From Escherichia coli (lineage in GTDB: Bacteria; Pseudomonadota; Gammaproteobacteria; Enterobacterales; Enterobacteriaceae), in the NCBI RefSeq assembly GCF_030384885.1, contig NZ_CP128613.1: a stretch of 64,000 bases of DNA; one strand, written 5' to 3'. Positions within the stretch are counted from its first letter, which is position 1. Each line of letters starts with the position of its first letter. Made by a program: the position numbers and the translations under genes. Positions 1 to 9,128 of the stretch are shown here, piece by piece. The notes beneath the pieces were generated by a model, which worked only from the letters and a program-made list of their open reading frames with translations, ran no database searches and was not told the origin of the DNA.

Positions 1-58
1 TACGAATATGCAAGCATTCTGTGTTTCGCTGGTAAAGTCTTAAATTCAGATATGACAT
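1..58 (-). CDS. fimD: FimD outer-membrane usher, first 19 codons only (gene runs off the window start)
   Basis: Minus-strand ATG at 58-56 translates MSYLNLRLYQRNTECLHIR, matching the FimD N-terminus; lies downstream of fimC in operon order. Confidence 0.8.
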   Translation of the reverse strand, partial: MSYLNLRLYQRNTECLHIR

Positions 59-124
59 TATTCCTCCGGTTTAAAATTACCCGGCAGTCAATTCTTTTTA
101 TTCAGGCGAAAAATTCCCCCTGCG

Positions 125-850
125 TTATTCCATTACGCCCGTCATTTTTGGGGTAAGTGCGCCATAATCATTTATTGTTCGGTAAGTAATGTTGCTTCCT
201 GCATCAGAAGGTAATTTAACTGTGCTTTCGCCCATTGGAGGCACCAATGCATTTTCAAGAACCCGAGTTCCGGCATTCAACTCTGTTACCGTCAGGTAAT
301 AGGGTGTCGGGTTAATCAGCGTCAGAGAATTCGCGCTACGACGAAATCTTAACTTTTCTGCGGCCTGATCGGGTGGCAACGCTAATTTAGCCGGGCGATA
401 GTACAGTTTTATGCGGCTGATAATTGCGAGCTGTAGCGTATTCTCAGTCAATTTTGATTTATCCATTGACGGAATCGCTTTAACGTTCATCCAGAATAAA
501 CTTTCCCGGTCCTGTGGCAATTGGTTATTTGTGGCATCAAGAATACGTAAGGTATTCTCTTTTTTTCCCTTCATCGCAAACAGAGGAGGCGTCACGATAA
601 AACGGCCATCCTTTACACCATCGGCATTTTCCACCCATGATTGAATTAAATAGGTACTATTATCATCATTATTTGTCACGGCAAGTTGCACTTGTTTTTG
701 CCCTGCCGGATAAATTACGCGAGTCGCACCTAAGGCCACTCCTGCTTCCGCGCGTCCGGCAGTCATCATTGCCATGATCATCAGGATACCTGCCAGCAAG
801 CAGAATGTTATTTCCTGCAATTTCCTTACATTGACGTTTTTATTACTCAC
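125..850 (-). CDS. fimC: Type 1 fimbrial periplasmic chaperone FimC
   Basis: 241-aa ORF with signal peptide and PapD-like chaperone sequence; operon position between fimI and fimD. Confidence 0.95.
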   Translation of the reverse strand: MSNKNVNVRKLQEITFCLLAGILMIMAMMTAGRAEAGVALGATRVIYPAGQKQVQLAVTNNDDNSTYLIQSWVENADGVKDGRFIVTPPLFAMKGKKENTLRILDATNNQLPQDRESLFWMNVKAIPSMDKSKLTENTLQLAIISRIKLYYRPAKLALPPDQAAEKLRFRRSANSLTLINPTPYYLTVTELNAGTRVLENALVPPMGESTVKLPSDAGSNITYRTINDYGALTPKMTGVME

Positions 851-886
851 TGTCCTGTTCCTGTTATCACATTATCTGCTGAACAA

Positions 887-1426
887 TTACTGATAGGTTA
901 AAGAGAACCAGGCCTGAGCATTGGCGATGCCGCCAGTAACCCGACGCCCGGTAGCACGATATTTGGCGATGAAATGTAACGACGTAGAGCCTGAGTAAAG
1001 TCGTTTCCAGTTTGCTGGAGGACGATTAATCGGTACAAGGTTTCCTTCATCATCAAACAACGCTACGCCAATATTGGTGGCAATCCCTGGCCCCTCTCCC
1101 ACGGAAAGCACATCCGGATTTTTACCATCCGCGACACCGTGAAACGCCACACCCACACGTTCACTCACCACCGTGCTACATTCCCGTAAATGAATAACAA
1201 AAGGCACCGGTGCGCTATCTTCCCCAACCGCATGAAACCGGTTACTGCTGATTTGCCCCATATTGACCGTCATTTGTTTATCACCAGCTTCAATCCGGCA
1301 AGCTTCTGCAATAATGACGCCCTGAAATTGCATATTTCCGCCGGGCAACGTGGTGTTCCATTTATTTCCGGCCAGAGCAAACATTGGCAGCAACGACGCT
1401 AATAGAAATAATCTCTTCCTTTTCAT
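887..1426 (-). CDS. fimI: Fimbrin-like protein FimI
   Basis: ORF trimmed to internal start [13 protein letters not shown] (179 aa); pilin-like; sits between fimA and fimC. Confidence 0.85.
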   Translation of the reverse strand: MKRKRLFLLASLLPMFALAGNKWNTTLPGGNMQFQGVIIAEACRIEAGDKQMTVNMGQISSNRFHAVGEDSAPVPFVIHLRECSTVVSERVGVAFHGVADGKNPDVLSVGEGPGIATNIGVALFDDEGNLVPINRPPANWKRLYSGSTSLHFIAKYRATGRRVTGGIANAQAWFSLTYQ

Positions 1427-1490
1427 CGTTATTTTTATCGCACAAGGGTGGGCATCCCTGCCCGTAATGACGTCCCTGAACCTGGGTAGG

Positions 1491-2039
1491 TTATTGATAC
1501 TGAACCTTGAAGGTCGCATCCGCATTAGCAGCACCTGGGGTTGCGGCACCGGTTGCAAAGTAACGCGCCTGGAACGGAATGGTGTTAGTACCGTTATTCA
1601 GGGTTGTTTCTGCACTAAATGTCGCACCGTCCAGCGCCAGCGCAGCACCGGTTCTGTCCAGAATTTGCACACCAACATTTGTTGCGCTACCTGCAGCAGA
1701 ACTCTGCAGAGCTAGTACATCAGTATGCGTAGCATCAATTGCCGTACCTAAGAAGGCAACAGCGGCTTTTGTAGCAACAGTGGTATCGCAATCATTCAGC
1801 TGAATGTTAAAACCAACGGCAGAGCTGGTTGCTCCAGCCTGCTTCAGGCTAGCGGTACGAACCTGGCCCAACTGAACGGTTTGATCAACAGAGCCTGCAT
1901 CAACTGCGCAAGCGGCGTTAACAACTTCCCCTTTGAAGTGAACGGTCCCACCATTTACCGTCGTAGTATCGGCCAGAGCCGCTGCGGAACTGAGGGACAG
2001 AGCCGACAGAACAACGATTGCCAGAGTTTTAATTTTCAT
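1491..2039 (-). CDS. fimA: Type 1 fimbrial major subunit FimA
   Basis: ORF trimmed to [23 protein letters not shown] (signal peptide), 182 aa ending FKVQYQ; ATG at 2039-2037. Confidence 0.95.
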   Translation of the reverse strand: MKIKTLAIVVLSALSLSSAAALADTTTVNGGTVHFKGEVVNAACAVDAGSVDQTVQLGQVRTASLKQAGATSSAVGFNIQLNDCDTTVATKAAVAFLGTAIDATHTDVLALQSSAAGSATNVGVQILDRTGAALALDGATFSAETTLNNGTNTIPFQARYFATGAATPGAANADATFKVQYQ

Positions 2040-2157
2040 GCTGCTTTCCTTTAAAAAAACTGTTTCTAAATCGACATGGGCAGTCGTTCTGTACACTTTG
2101 TTTTGAAACGAATTGGACTGCCAACACTGCACAGTTCTTCCCCAAAAGATGAAACAT

Positions 2158-2471
2158 TTGGGGCCATTTTGACTCATAGAGGAAAGCATTACGCACGAAC
2201 TTTCTTAGTTTATTATTTGGATTTATATTCTATTAATACATTATTTTATAGATTTTTATATTGAACGCAGTGGTTTTTGGAGAGATGAATGAGGAAGTTG
2301 CTTCGAGACACAAAAACGTTAGCTTTACCTATAGCGGAGGTTATGTGAAATTAATTTATAAGAGAAACAATTTACATATCAAACAGTTAGTTGCTTTATG
2401 TCGTTTTTTTATATTTTTATGCTTGAGAACAAATACAAAACTTTTTTATGATATGGACAGTTTGGCCCCAA
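2158..2471. promoter_or_regulatory. fimS: fim switch (fimS), 314-bp invertible phase-variation element flanked by 9-bp inverted repeats
   Basis: TTGGGGCCA at 2158-2166 and its reverse complement TGGCCCCAA at 2463-2471, exactly 314 bp end to end, between fimA and fimE. Confidence 0.9.
2423..2452 (+). promoter_or_regulatory. Candidate fimA sigma70 promoter inside the switch, pointing away from fimA as given (phase OFF)
   Basis: TTGAGA (2423-2428), 18-nt spacer, TATGAT (2447-2452) on the + strand; fimA is on the - strand at lower coordinates. Confidence 0.6.
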
Positions 2472-2518
2472 TTGTATTATATTCCTTTATCTTTTTATAT
2501 TATTATCAATAAGTTACA

Positions 2519-3115
2519 TCAGGCATCTTCTCTTTTTAATTTTTCGTTTATGAGATTATTTCTTTCCCATAATCCGGCAAAACGTGCAGCATTACTGGCG
2601 GTATAACGCACAGTATGGCGAATATTTCGATGCCCGAGGTAATCCTGAATTAAACGGGTATCTGCACCACGCTCCGCCAGTTCATAACCGCAAGCATGCC
2701 TTAACATATGAGGATGAGTCTGCGTCACGGTTCCAGCTTCAATACCGGCATCGCGAATAATGCGATAGGCCTGCTGGCGAGAAAGTCGACTCCCGCGGCG
2801 AGAAATAAATATGGCGTCGGTCTGGTCAGCGCCTTTCCAGTTAATACGTTCCTGGGTCCAGCGCTCCACAGCTTCACGCTCATCAAAACGTAACGGGTGA
2901 ACGGTAGAAAATCCGTTCTTCAGTCGGCGAATATTTATTCGACCTTCGTTAAGGTCAAGATCCTGATAATGCAGATCAAGCAGTTCACTAATACGCATCC
3001 CATGCCGATATGCCAACAAAATTAGGCAATAATCTCTGGCTCCCGTTGCCCCGTAACAAACCGCCTGCATCATGTCCTGAACTTCTTTACCGGTAAGATA
3101 ACGACGTTTACTCAC
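2519..3115 (-). CDS. fimE: Fim switch recombinase FimE (tyrosine recombinase, ON-to-OFF)
   Basis: 198 aa, MSKRRYLTGKEV..., tyrosine recombinase motifs (HxxR...Y); GTG start; ends 48 bp from the switch repeat. Confidence 0.95.
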   Translation of the reverse strand: MSKRRYLTGKEVQDMMQAVCYGATGARDYCLILLAYRHGMRISELLDLHYQDLDLNEGRINIRRLKNGFSTVHPLRFDEREAVERWTQERINWKGADQTDAIFISRRGSRLSRQQAYRIIRDAGIEAGTVTQTHPHMLRHACGYELAERGADTRLIQDYLGHRNIRHTVRYTASNAARFAGLWERNNLINEKLKREDA

Positions 3116-3592
3116 AATAGTAGTACTCCTGACTGAGATATATTTGAATGAATACCTATAGGAAACCTCGATCGGTTAAAATTAGCCCAATAGATAAAAA
3201 GATAACCACACAGGAAGTTATGTGGCTATCAGTCAATTACATTAAATATCATACAAAAATAAAATATCACTGATGTGACAACATCTATTTTCATTGATTT
3301 GATTCAATATAACAATAGATTGCAGCGGATTAACTTCCAGTTGCTTAAAAAATAAAGAAAAAAGTGCAGAAACAGGAGAACTTGAGTGATGTGTAAATTT
3401 ATGAATGATTTTGTTTATTTATTTTGAAGAACATAAACCATTGTATTTTGTATGGATATGGTTAACTTAATGTTTATTATGATAATTAAGAATCACACTT
3501 ACAATAACATCAATTAATAAATAGTTAATCATTTTTGATATATCGTAAGAATAATGTATTTTTTAACACCATCCCTGGTATCTCATCTATCT

Positions 3593-4195
3593 CTATAAAA
3601 CAGCGTGATGCTGTCGTCCTCTGGCTCTATCCCAGATGCCGTAAAAACGCCCTGCATTGCTGGCGGTATACCAGACAGTATGACGAATATTGCGATGCCC
3701 AAGATAATCCTGGATAAGTCGTGTATCTATTCCCATATTCGCCAAAGCAAAACCACACGAATGGCGTAACATATGCGGATGAATCTCCAGTGATAACCCA
3801 GCATTACCACCAGAAGTCGAGATAATATGGTAAAACTGTTGCCGAGAAAGCGGGTTCCCCTTACGTGATAAAAATACCCACTCGCTCTCAGCATGCGGAT
3901 AAGAAGTACGTATACTCAACCAGTTTTTTAAAGCCTGAACTTCTTTGTTCAATAGCGGGTGCGTTGTTGAAAAGCCTTTTTTTAATCGATGGATATAGAT
4001 ACACTTTGCCTTAAGATCAATATCCGAAATCCTCAATCGGCAAATTTCACTCGCCCGGAAACCATGAATAAAACAAAGCAAAGTCAGACAATAATTACGT
4101 GCTGCATGAGGCCCGGTATTTGCTGCTTTAAGGAGTGACTCGATTTCACTATGGGTCAGGAAGTTCCTTTTTTTGTTATCAGCCTTATTCTTCAT
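3593..4195 (-). CDS. fimB: Fim switch recombinase FimB (tyrosine recombinase)
   Basis: 200 aa, MKNKADNKKRNFLTHSEIESLL..., paralog of FimE. Confidence 0.95.
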   Translation of the reverse strand: MKNKADNKKRNFLTHSEIESLLKAANTGPHAARNYCLTLLCFIHGFRASEICRLRISDIDLKAKCIYIHRLKKGFSTTHPLLNKEVQALKNWLSIRTSYPHAESEWVFLSRKGNPLSRQQFYHIISTSGGNAGLSLEIHPHMLRHSCGFALANMGIDTRLIQDYLGHRNIRHTVWYTASNAGRFYGIWDRARGRQHHAVL

Positions 4196-5219
4196 CGTTT
4201 TCCCTTATAATTACAGACGCGCACTAGCTGTGCTGGGTTAGCAATAATCCAACATTTTAATCCTGATTATGTTTATAAAAGCGAACGTTTGCTTAATAAC
4301 TAACGTAAGTGGACCAGTTCTTCTGAGTGAACTTAAATGGAGTAGCGATAGTTACTTATAATAACTTTGCCATACAAACGCCATGCTCTTGCATGCTATG
4401 TACCTTTATATATTTATCAATGTGATACGAATCTAATAATAACCCTCATCATTAATGCAACTAATCTTATCTATATATCATGTGATATGTTCTGTAACAA
4501 GTAAAATCAACATAAAAAATTCAGCAAAATTTAATATTCGTTCAACTAGCCGTCTCACATATGACATTATTAGTCAACTGCATTTGCCACAAAATGGCTA
4601 TTTCATGGAACGCAGTAATTTCTTAGCGTCTATTATCATGCTAATTCTTAGGTCTCTAGCGATTATTCCTGCCTGGTTCGTCAGCTTACGCCATGAGATT
4701 GCTACATTCCTTTTTATCATGGAGATATGGGGGAAAGCAGGCGACGCTTTTTCATCTACATTCATTGGTAAATATGGCTTTGGTCACTACGCCTTAAACC
4801 TTCTTCAATCACAGCTATTCGCCGGGCGATACGGCAAACAAACTAAGTGAAGCATCATCCTGAAAACACCAATGCGTACTGAACATCAACAAGCCTCTCC
4901 TGATCGACTTCAGAAGTGACCAGTTACAAGCCACAAACCTGGAAACATATTTCATGATGAGAATTATGCTCAGCCTGATGGCGGGTAAACACTTATTTTC
5001 ACCACGCTCACTGAGTTAGCTTGCAAAGCTTTCCTTGTTTAGATTCTAAATAAATTATCTATAAAACAGATAGTTAAAAGAAAATCTTTAGTTTTTGAAG
5101 ACCACCGCAAGTGTTCGTCTGGCTTCACATGGCATCTTCCTCTTAGAAAAAGATCGACATATTTTGTGACACGAATTGCAAATCTGGTTTTGTTGTATGG
5201 ATTGCGTGATTTTTGATCT

Positions 5220-5242
5220 GGTATAACAGGTATAAAGGTGCA
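5220..5242. promoter_or_regulatory. NanR operator-like tandem GGTATA repeats in the fimB-nanC intergenic region
   Basis: GGTATA-ACA-GGTATA-AA-GGTGCA; NanR is known to bind tandem GGTATA hexamers. Confidence 0.6.
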
Positions 5243-5658
5243 CCACGATAGTCAATGAGACTGGGCATCTCGAAATCTATGGCAAACATCACTGCAGTTC
5301 TTTCACATCGGGTGATGAAAATGCACTTCAGTCTGAAAGGAATATGAAAATGAGATCAACAGACACTCTATTTTATGACTCTGGGTAAAATGGATTGAGT
5401 AAGTGATATAGCTTACGAACATTCAAATCAATCAAACATCAGAAGAGATTTTATACTCAGGTATTTAATCTGGATCTCTGTTTATTTAAATAATGTGGAA
5501 AGAGATTTTTCACAGGAGACATTATACAAAAAATATAAAATACAGCTATCGGTTGCCAAAGACACTATAAGCCTGGCAAAAAATATTACACAACATAAAT
5601 GCTAATTGTTTATGCGGGCTTTGTATTGCTTTCTGTATCCTACAAATGAGTGAAATTT

Positions 5659-6375
5659 ATGAAAAAGGCTAAAATACTTTCTGGCGTATTATTACTGTGC
5701 TTTTCGTCACCATTAATTTCTCAAGCTGCGACACTGGACGTACGTGGTGGATATCGTAGTGGAAGCCACGCCTATGAGACTCGACTCAAAGTCAGTGAGG
5801 GATGGCAAAATGGATGGTGGGCAAGCATGGAAAGTAATACCTGGAATACCATTCATGATAATAAAAAGGAAAATGCCGCACTCAATGATGTTCAGGTTGA
5901 AGTTAATTACGCGATTAAACTTGATGATCAATGGACGGTGCGCCCGGGAATGTTAACGCATTTTAGCAGTAACGGCACACGCTACGGACCCTACGTAAAA
6001 TTGTCCTGGGACGCGACAAAAGATCTTAATTTTGGCATTCGCTATCGTTACGACTGGAAAGCTTACCGACAACAAGACTTATCCGGTGATATGTCTCGTG
6101 ATAACGTTCATCGTTGGGATGGATATGTCACTTACCATATTAATAGTGATTTCACCTTCGCATGGCAAACGACGCTATACAGCAAACAAAACGATTATCG
6201 CTATGCAAACCATAAGAAATGGGCGACGGAAAATGCATTTGTTCTACAATACCATATGACGCCTGATATTACGCCATACATAGAATATGACTACCTTGAC
6301 CGTCAGGGTGTTTATAACGGCAGAGATAATTTATCAGAAAACAGTTATCGCATTGGTGTGTCATTTAAACTGTAG
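5659..6375 (+). CDS. nanC: N-acetylneuraminic acid outer-membrane channel NanC (KdgM family porin)
   Basis: 238 aa from ATG 5659 (MKKAKILSGVLLL..., signal peptide); ORF-track GTG start at 5650 trimmed. Confidence 0.9.
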   Translation: MKKAKILSGVLLLCFSSPLISQAATLDVRGGYRSGSHAYETRLKVSEGWQNGWWASMESNTWNTIHDNKKENAALNDVQVEVNYAIKLDDQWTVRPGMLTHFSSNGTRYGPYVKLSWDATKDLNFGIRYRYDWKAYRQQDLSGDMSRDNVHRWDGYVTYHINSDFTFAWQTTLYSKQNDYRYANHKKWATENAFVLQYHMTPDITPYIEYDYLDRQGVYNGRDNLSENSYRIGVSFKL

Positions 6376-6394
6376 TAGACAGGAGACAGTCACA

Positions 6395-7501
6395 ATGAAT
6401 AAAACAATAACGGCGCTTGCTATCATGATGGCTTCATTTGCCGCAAATGCGTCTGTATTACCGCAAACTCCGGTGCCATTTAAAAGTGGTACCGGAGCAA
6501 TTGATAACGACACTGTCTACATTGGTTTAGGTAGCGCAGGTACGGCATGGTACAAGCTGGATACACAGGCCAAAGATAAAAAATGGATAGCGTTAGCTGC
6601 ATTCCCTGGTGGGGCGAGAGATCAAGCAACCTCTGCATTTATTGATGGCAATCTGTACGTATTTGGCGGCATTGGCAAAAACAGCGAAGGCTTGACTCAG
6701 GTATTTAATGACGTATACAAATACAACCCCAAAACCAATAGCTGGGTTAAATTGATGTCACACGCGCCGATGGGTATGGCGGGTCATGTGACTTTTGTAC
6801 ACAACGGCAAGGCTTATGTTACTGGCGGTGTTAACCAAAATATCTTTAATGGCTATTTTGAAGATCTCAACAAAGCTGGAAAAGATTCAACCGCTATAGA
6901 GAAAATCAACGCCCACTATTTTGACAAAAAAGCAGAAGATTATTTCTTCAATAAGTTTCTGTTGTCTTTTGATCCCTCTACACAGCAATGGAGTTACGCT
7001 GGCGAATCTCCCTGGTACGGAACGGCTGGTGCGGCGGTTGTGAATAAAGGTGATAAAACCTGGCTTATTAATGGCGAAGCCAAACCAGGATTGCGAACGG
7101 ATGCCGTATTTGAACTTGATTTCACCGGTAATAATTTAAAATGGAATAAACTTGCTCCCGTCTCATCACCAGATGGCGTCGCTGGCGGTTTTGCGGGGAT
7201 AAGCAATGACTCACTTATATTTGCCGGGGGGGCCGGATTCAAGGGGTCGCGGGAAAATTATCAGAACGGTAAGAACTATGCGCATGAAGGCCTGAAAAAA
7301 TCATATAGCGCTGATATTCATCTTTGGCATAACGGGAAATGGGATAAATCTGGCGAATTATCGCAAGGTCGGGCCTACGGAGTATCATTGCCCTGGAATA
7401 ATAGTTTATTAATTATTGGCGGTGAAACTACAGGCGGCAAAGCGGTGACGGATTCAGTTTTGATCTCTGTGAAGGATAATAAAGTCACAGTACAAAACTA
7501 A
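6395..7501 (+). CDS. nanM: N-acetylneuraminate mutarotase NanM (Kelch-repeat beta-propeller)
   Basis: 368 aa from MNKTITALAIMMASFAANA (signal peptide), RBS AGGAGA at 6381-6386; ORF-track upstream extension trimmed. Confidence 0.9.
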   Translation: MNKTITALAIMMASFAANASVLPQTPVPFKSGTGAIDNDTVYIGLGSAGTAWYKLDTQAKDKKWIALAAFPGGARDQATSAFIDGNLYVFGGIGKNSEGLTQVFNDVYKYNPKTNSWVKLMSHAPMGMAGHVTFVHNGKAYVTGGVNQNIFNGYFEDLNKAGKDSTAIEKINAHYFDKKAEDYFFNKFLLSFDPSTQQWSYAGESPWYGTAGAAVVNKGDKTWLINGEAKPGLRTDAVFELDFTGNNLKWNKLAPVSSPDGVAGGFAGISNDSLIFAGGAGFKGSRENYQNGKNYAHEGLKKSYSADIHLWHNGKWDKSGELSQGRAYGVSLPWNNSLLIIGGETTGGKAVTDSVLISVKDNKVTVQN

Positions 7502-7565
7502 TGCTTCAGGGCCCCAGTAAAGGGGCCCTGCTATCAATTTATCATTTCAATTACGCGAAAATTAT

Positions 7566-8546
7566 ATGAACGCAATAATATCGCCCGATTATTACTATGT
7601 TCTTACCGTTGCTGGTCAGTCTAATGCCATGGCGTATGGCGAAGGACTGCCATTACCGGACAGGGAAGATGCGCCTCATCCCAGAATTAAACAATTAGCG
7701 AGATTTGCGCATACGCATCCCGGAGGCCCGTCATGTCACTTTAACGACATTATTCCACTGACTCACTGCCCACACGATGTTCAGGATATGCAGGGTTATC
7801 ACCATCCTCTGGCAACGAATCATCAAACACAGTACGGCACCGTTGGCCAGGCACTGCATATTGCACGGAAATTACTGCCCTTTATTCCTGATAATGCAGG
7901 GGTTCTCATCGTTCCGTGTTGCCGTGGCGGATCGGCTTTTACCGCGGGCAGCGAAGGGACATATTCAGAACGGCACGGAGCCAGCCATGATGCTTGTCGT
8001 TGGGGAACGGATACTCCGCTATACCAGGATTTAGTCAGCAGAACGCGAGCCGCACTGGCAAAAAATCCGCAGAACAAATTCCTCGGCGTATGCTGGATGC
8101 AAGGCGAATTTGACTTAATGACCAGTGACTACGCGTCACACCCTCAACACTTTAATCATATGGTTGAAGCCTTTCGTAGGGATCTAAAACAATACCATTC
8201 TCAGCTTAATAATATTACTGGCGCGCCGTGGTTTTGCGGCGATACCACCTGGTACTGGAAAGAAAGTTTCCCTCATGCGTATGAAGCTATTTATGGCAAT
8301 TATCAAAATAATATTTTAGCCAATATTATTTTCATCGACTTCCAGCAACAAGGTGAAAGAGGGCTGACGAACGCGCCTGATGAAGATCCGGACGATTTAA
8401 GCACGGGATATTTCGGTTCAGCGTACCGGTCACCGGAGAACTGGACGACGGCACTGCGAAGCAGTCATTTCAGCGCGGCAGCCCGTCGGGGGATTATTTC
8501 TGACAGGTTTGTAGAAGCAATTTTGCAGTTTTGGAGCGAAAGGTGA
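7566..8546 (+). CDS. nanS: 9-O-acetyl-N-acetylneuraminate esterase NanS
   Basis: 326 aa, MNAIISPDYYYVLTVAGQSNAMAYGEG... (SGNH-like esterase motif GQSN). Confidence 0.9.
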   Translation: MNAIISPDYYYVLTVAGQSNAMAYGEGLPLPDREDAPHPRIKQLARFAHTHPGGPSCHFNDIIPLTHCPHDVQDMQGYHHPLATNHQTQYGTVGQALHIARKLLPFIPDNAGVLIVPCCRGGSAFTAGSEGTYSERHGASHDACRWGTDTPLYQDLVSRTRAALAKNPQNKFLGVCWMQGEFDLMTSDYASHPQHFNHMVEAFRRDLKQYHSQLNNITGAPWFCGDTTWYWKESFPHAYEAIYGNYQNNILANIIFIDFQQQGERGLTNAPDEDPDDLSTGYFGSAYRSPENWTTALRSSHFSAAARRGIISDRFVEAILQFWSER

Positions 8547-8639
8547 GCGGGGAGTTTATTCATGGGGGATGTCCTTGTCCGTTCCCAAAACAGGCAACAA
8601 AAAACAAATGAGATCAAGGTAATATCTCTTCACTTGCAG

Positions 8640-8900
8640 GCTCGAACAGCAGGCAATTGCCAATATAATAATCTGGCACAAGGGTGAAAAACGCGCACCG
8701 CATAAACCGTTGTTATTGCTTACAGATTAGCCGGATGCCTTAATAGACATCCGCGCCTTTTCGATTATGGCTCGGAAATCTACGAACCTCTGCACAGTTT
8801 ACTGGAACGTTTTGGACCACAGCGTTCACAGTACCGACCTGATATGCCGTTCTGGCGATTATAAGGCGACGGATTCTGGCAAATAGACGATGATAATATG
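8640..8900 (+). pseudogene. Degraded fragment paralogous to the N-terminal domain of the HNH-nuclease gene at 19855-20730
   Basis: Frame-shifted translation gives NIIIWHKGEKRAPHKPLLLL and LFDYGSEIYEPLHSLLERFGPQRSQYRPDMPFWRL, matching NITIWRKGEQRAPHKPLLLL...RLFNYGSEIYEPLLDLLERYGPQRRDQRPDMPFWRL of the 20227-20775 ORF; stops and frameshifts present. Confidence 0.6.
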
Positions 8901-9128
8901 CTTAATGATGTTCAAAGAAATTAGGCCATCATTATATTATTGCTTGCATTTTCTTTCATTCCCAAAAGCACCCGCCATTAATCCCAGGCGCATTATGCAA
9001 AGGAAAATGATTAGGTAAACAATAAGATTTATAATCAGGAAAGGCGACTCGCAATAAAACGCAAAGTCGCCTTAACATTGGTAAAATATGCCCTTTACTA
9101 CTCCTGTATCATGAACGGCTCATCACAT

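Noticed and set aside
1491-2189. ORF-track N-terminal extensions (fimA to 2189, fimI to 1558, nanM from 6287, treC from 49344, ridA from 42856, bdcA from 39710, fbp from 58809, nrdG from 53791, yjgR from 23796, ahr from 22653)
   Set aside because: Each has a downstream start with a Shine-Dalgarno sequence and the expected signal peptide or N-terminus; extensions begin at non-ATG codons or lack an RBS
4455-4850. 131-aa ORF in the fimB-nanC intergenic region
   Set aside because: Very AT-rich, no convincing RBS, low-complexity translation; this interval is better explained as regulatory DNA for fimB and nanC
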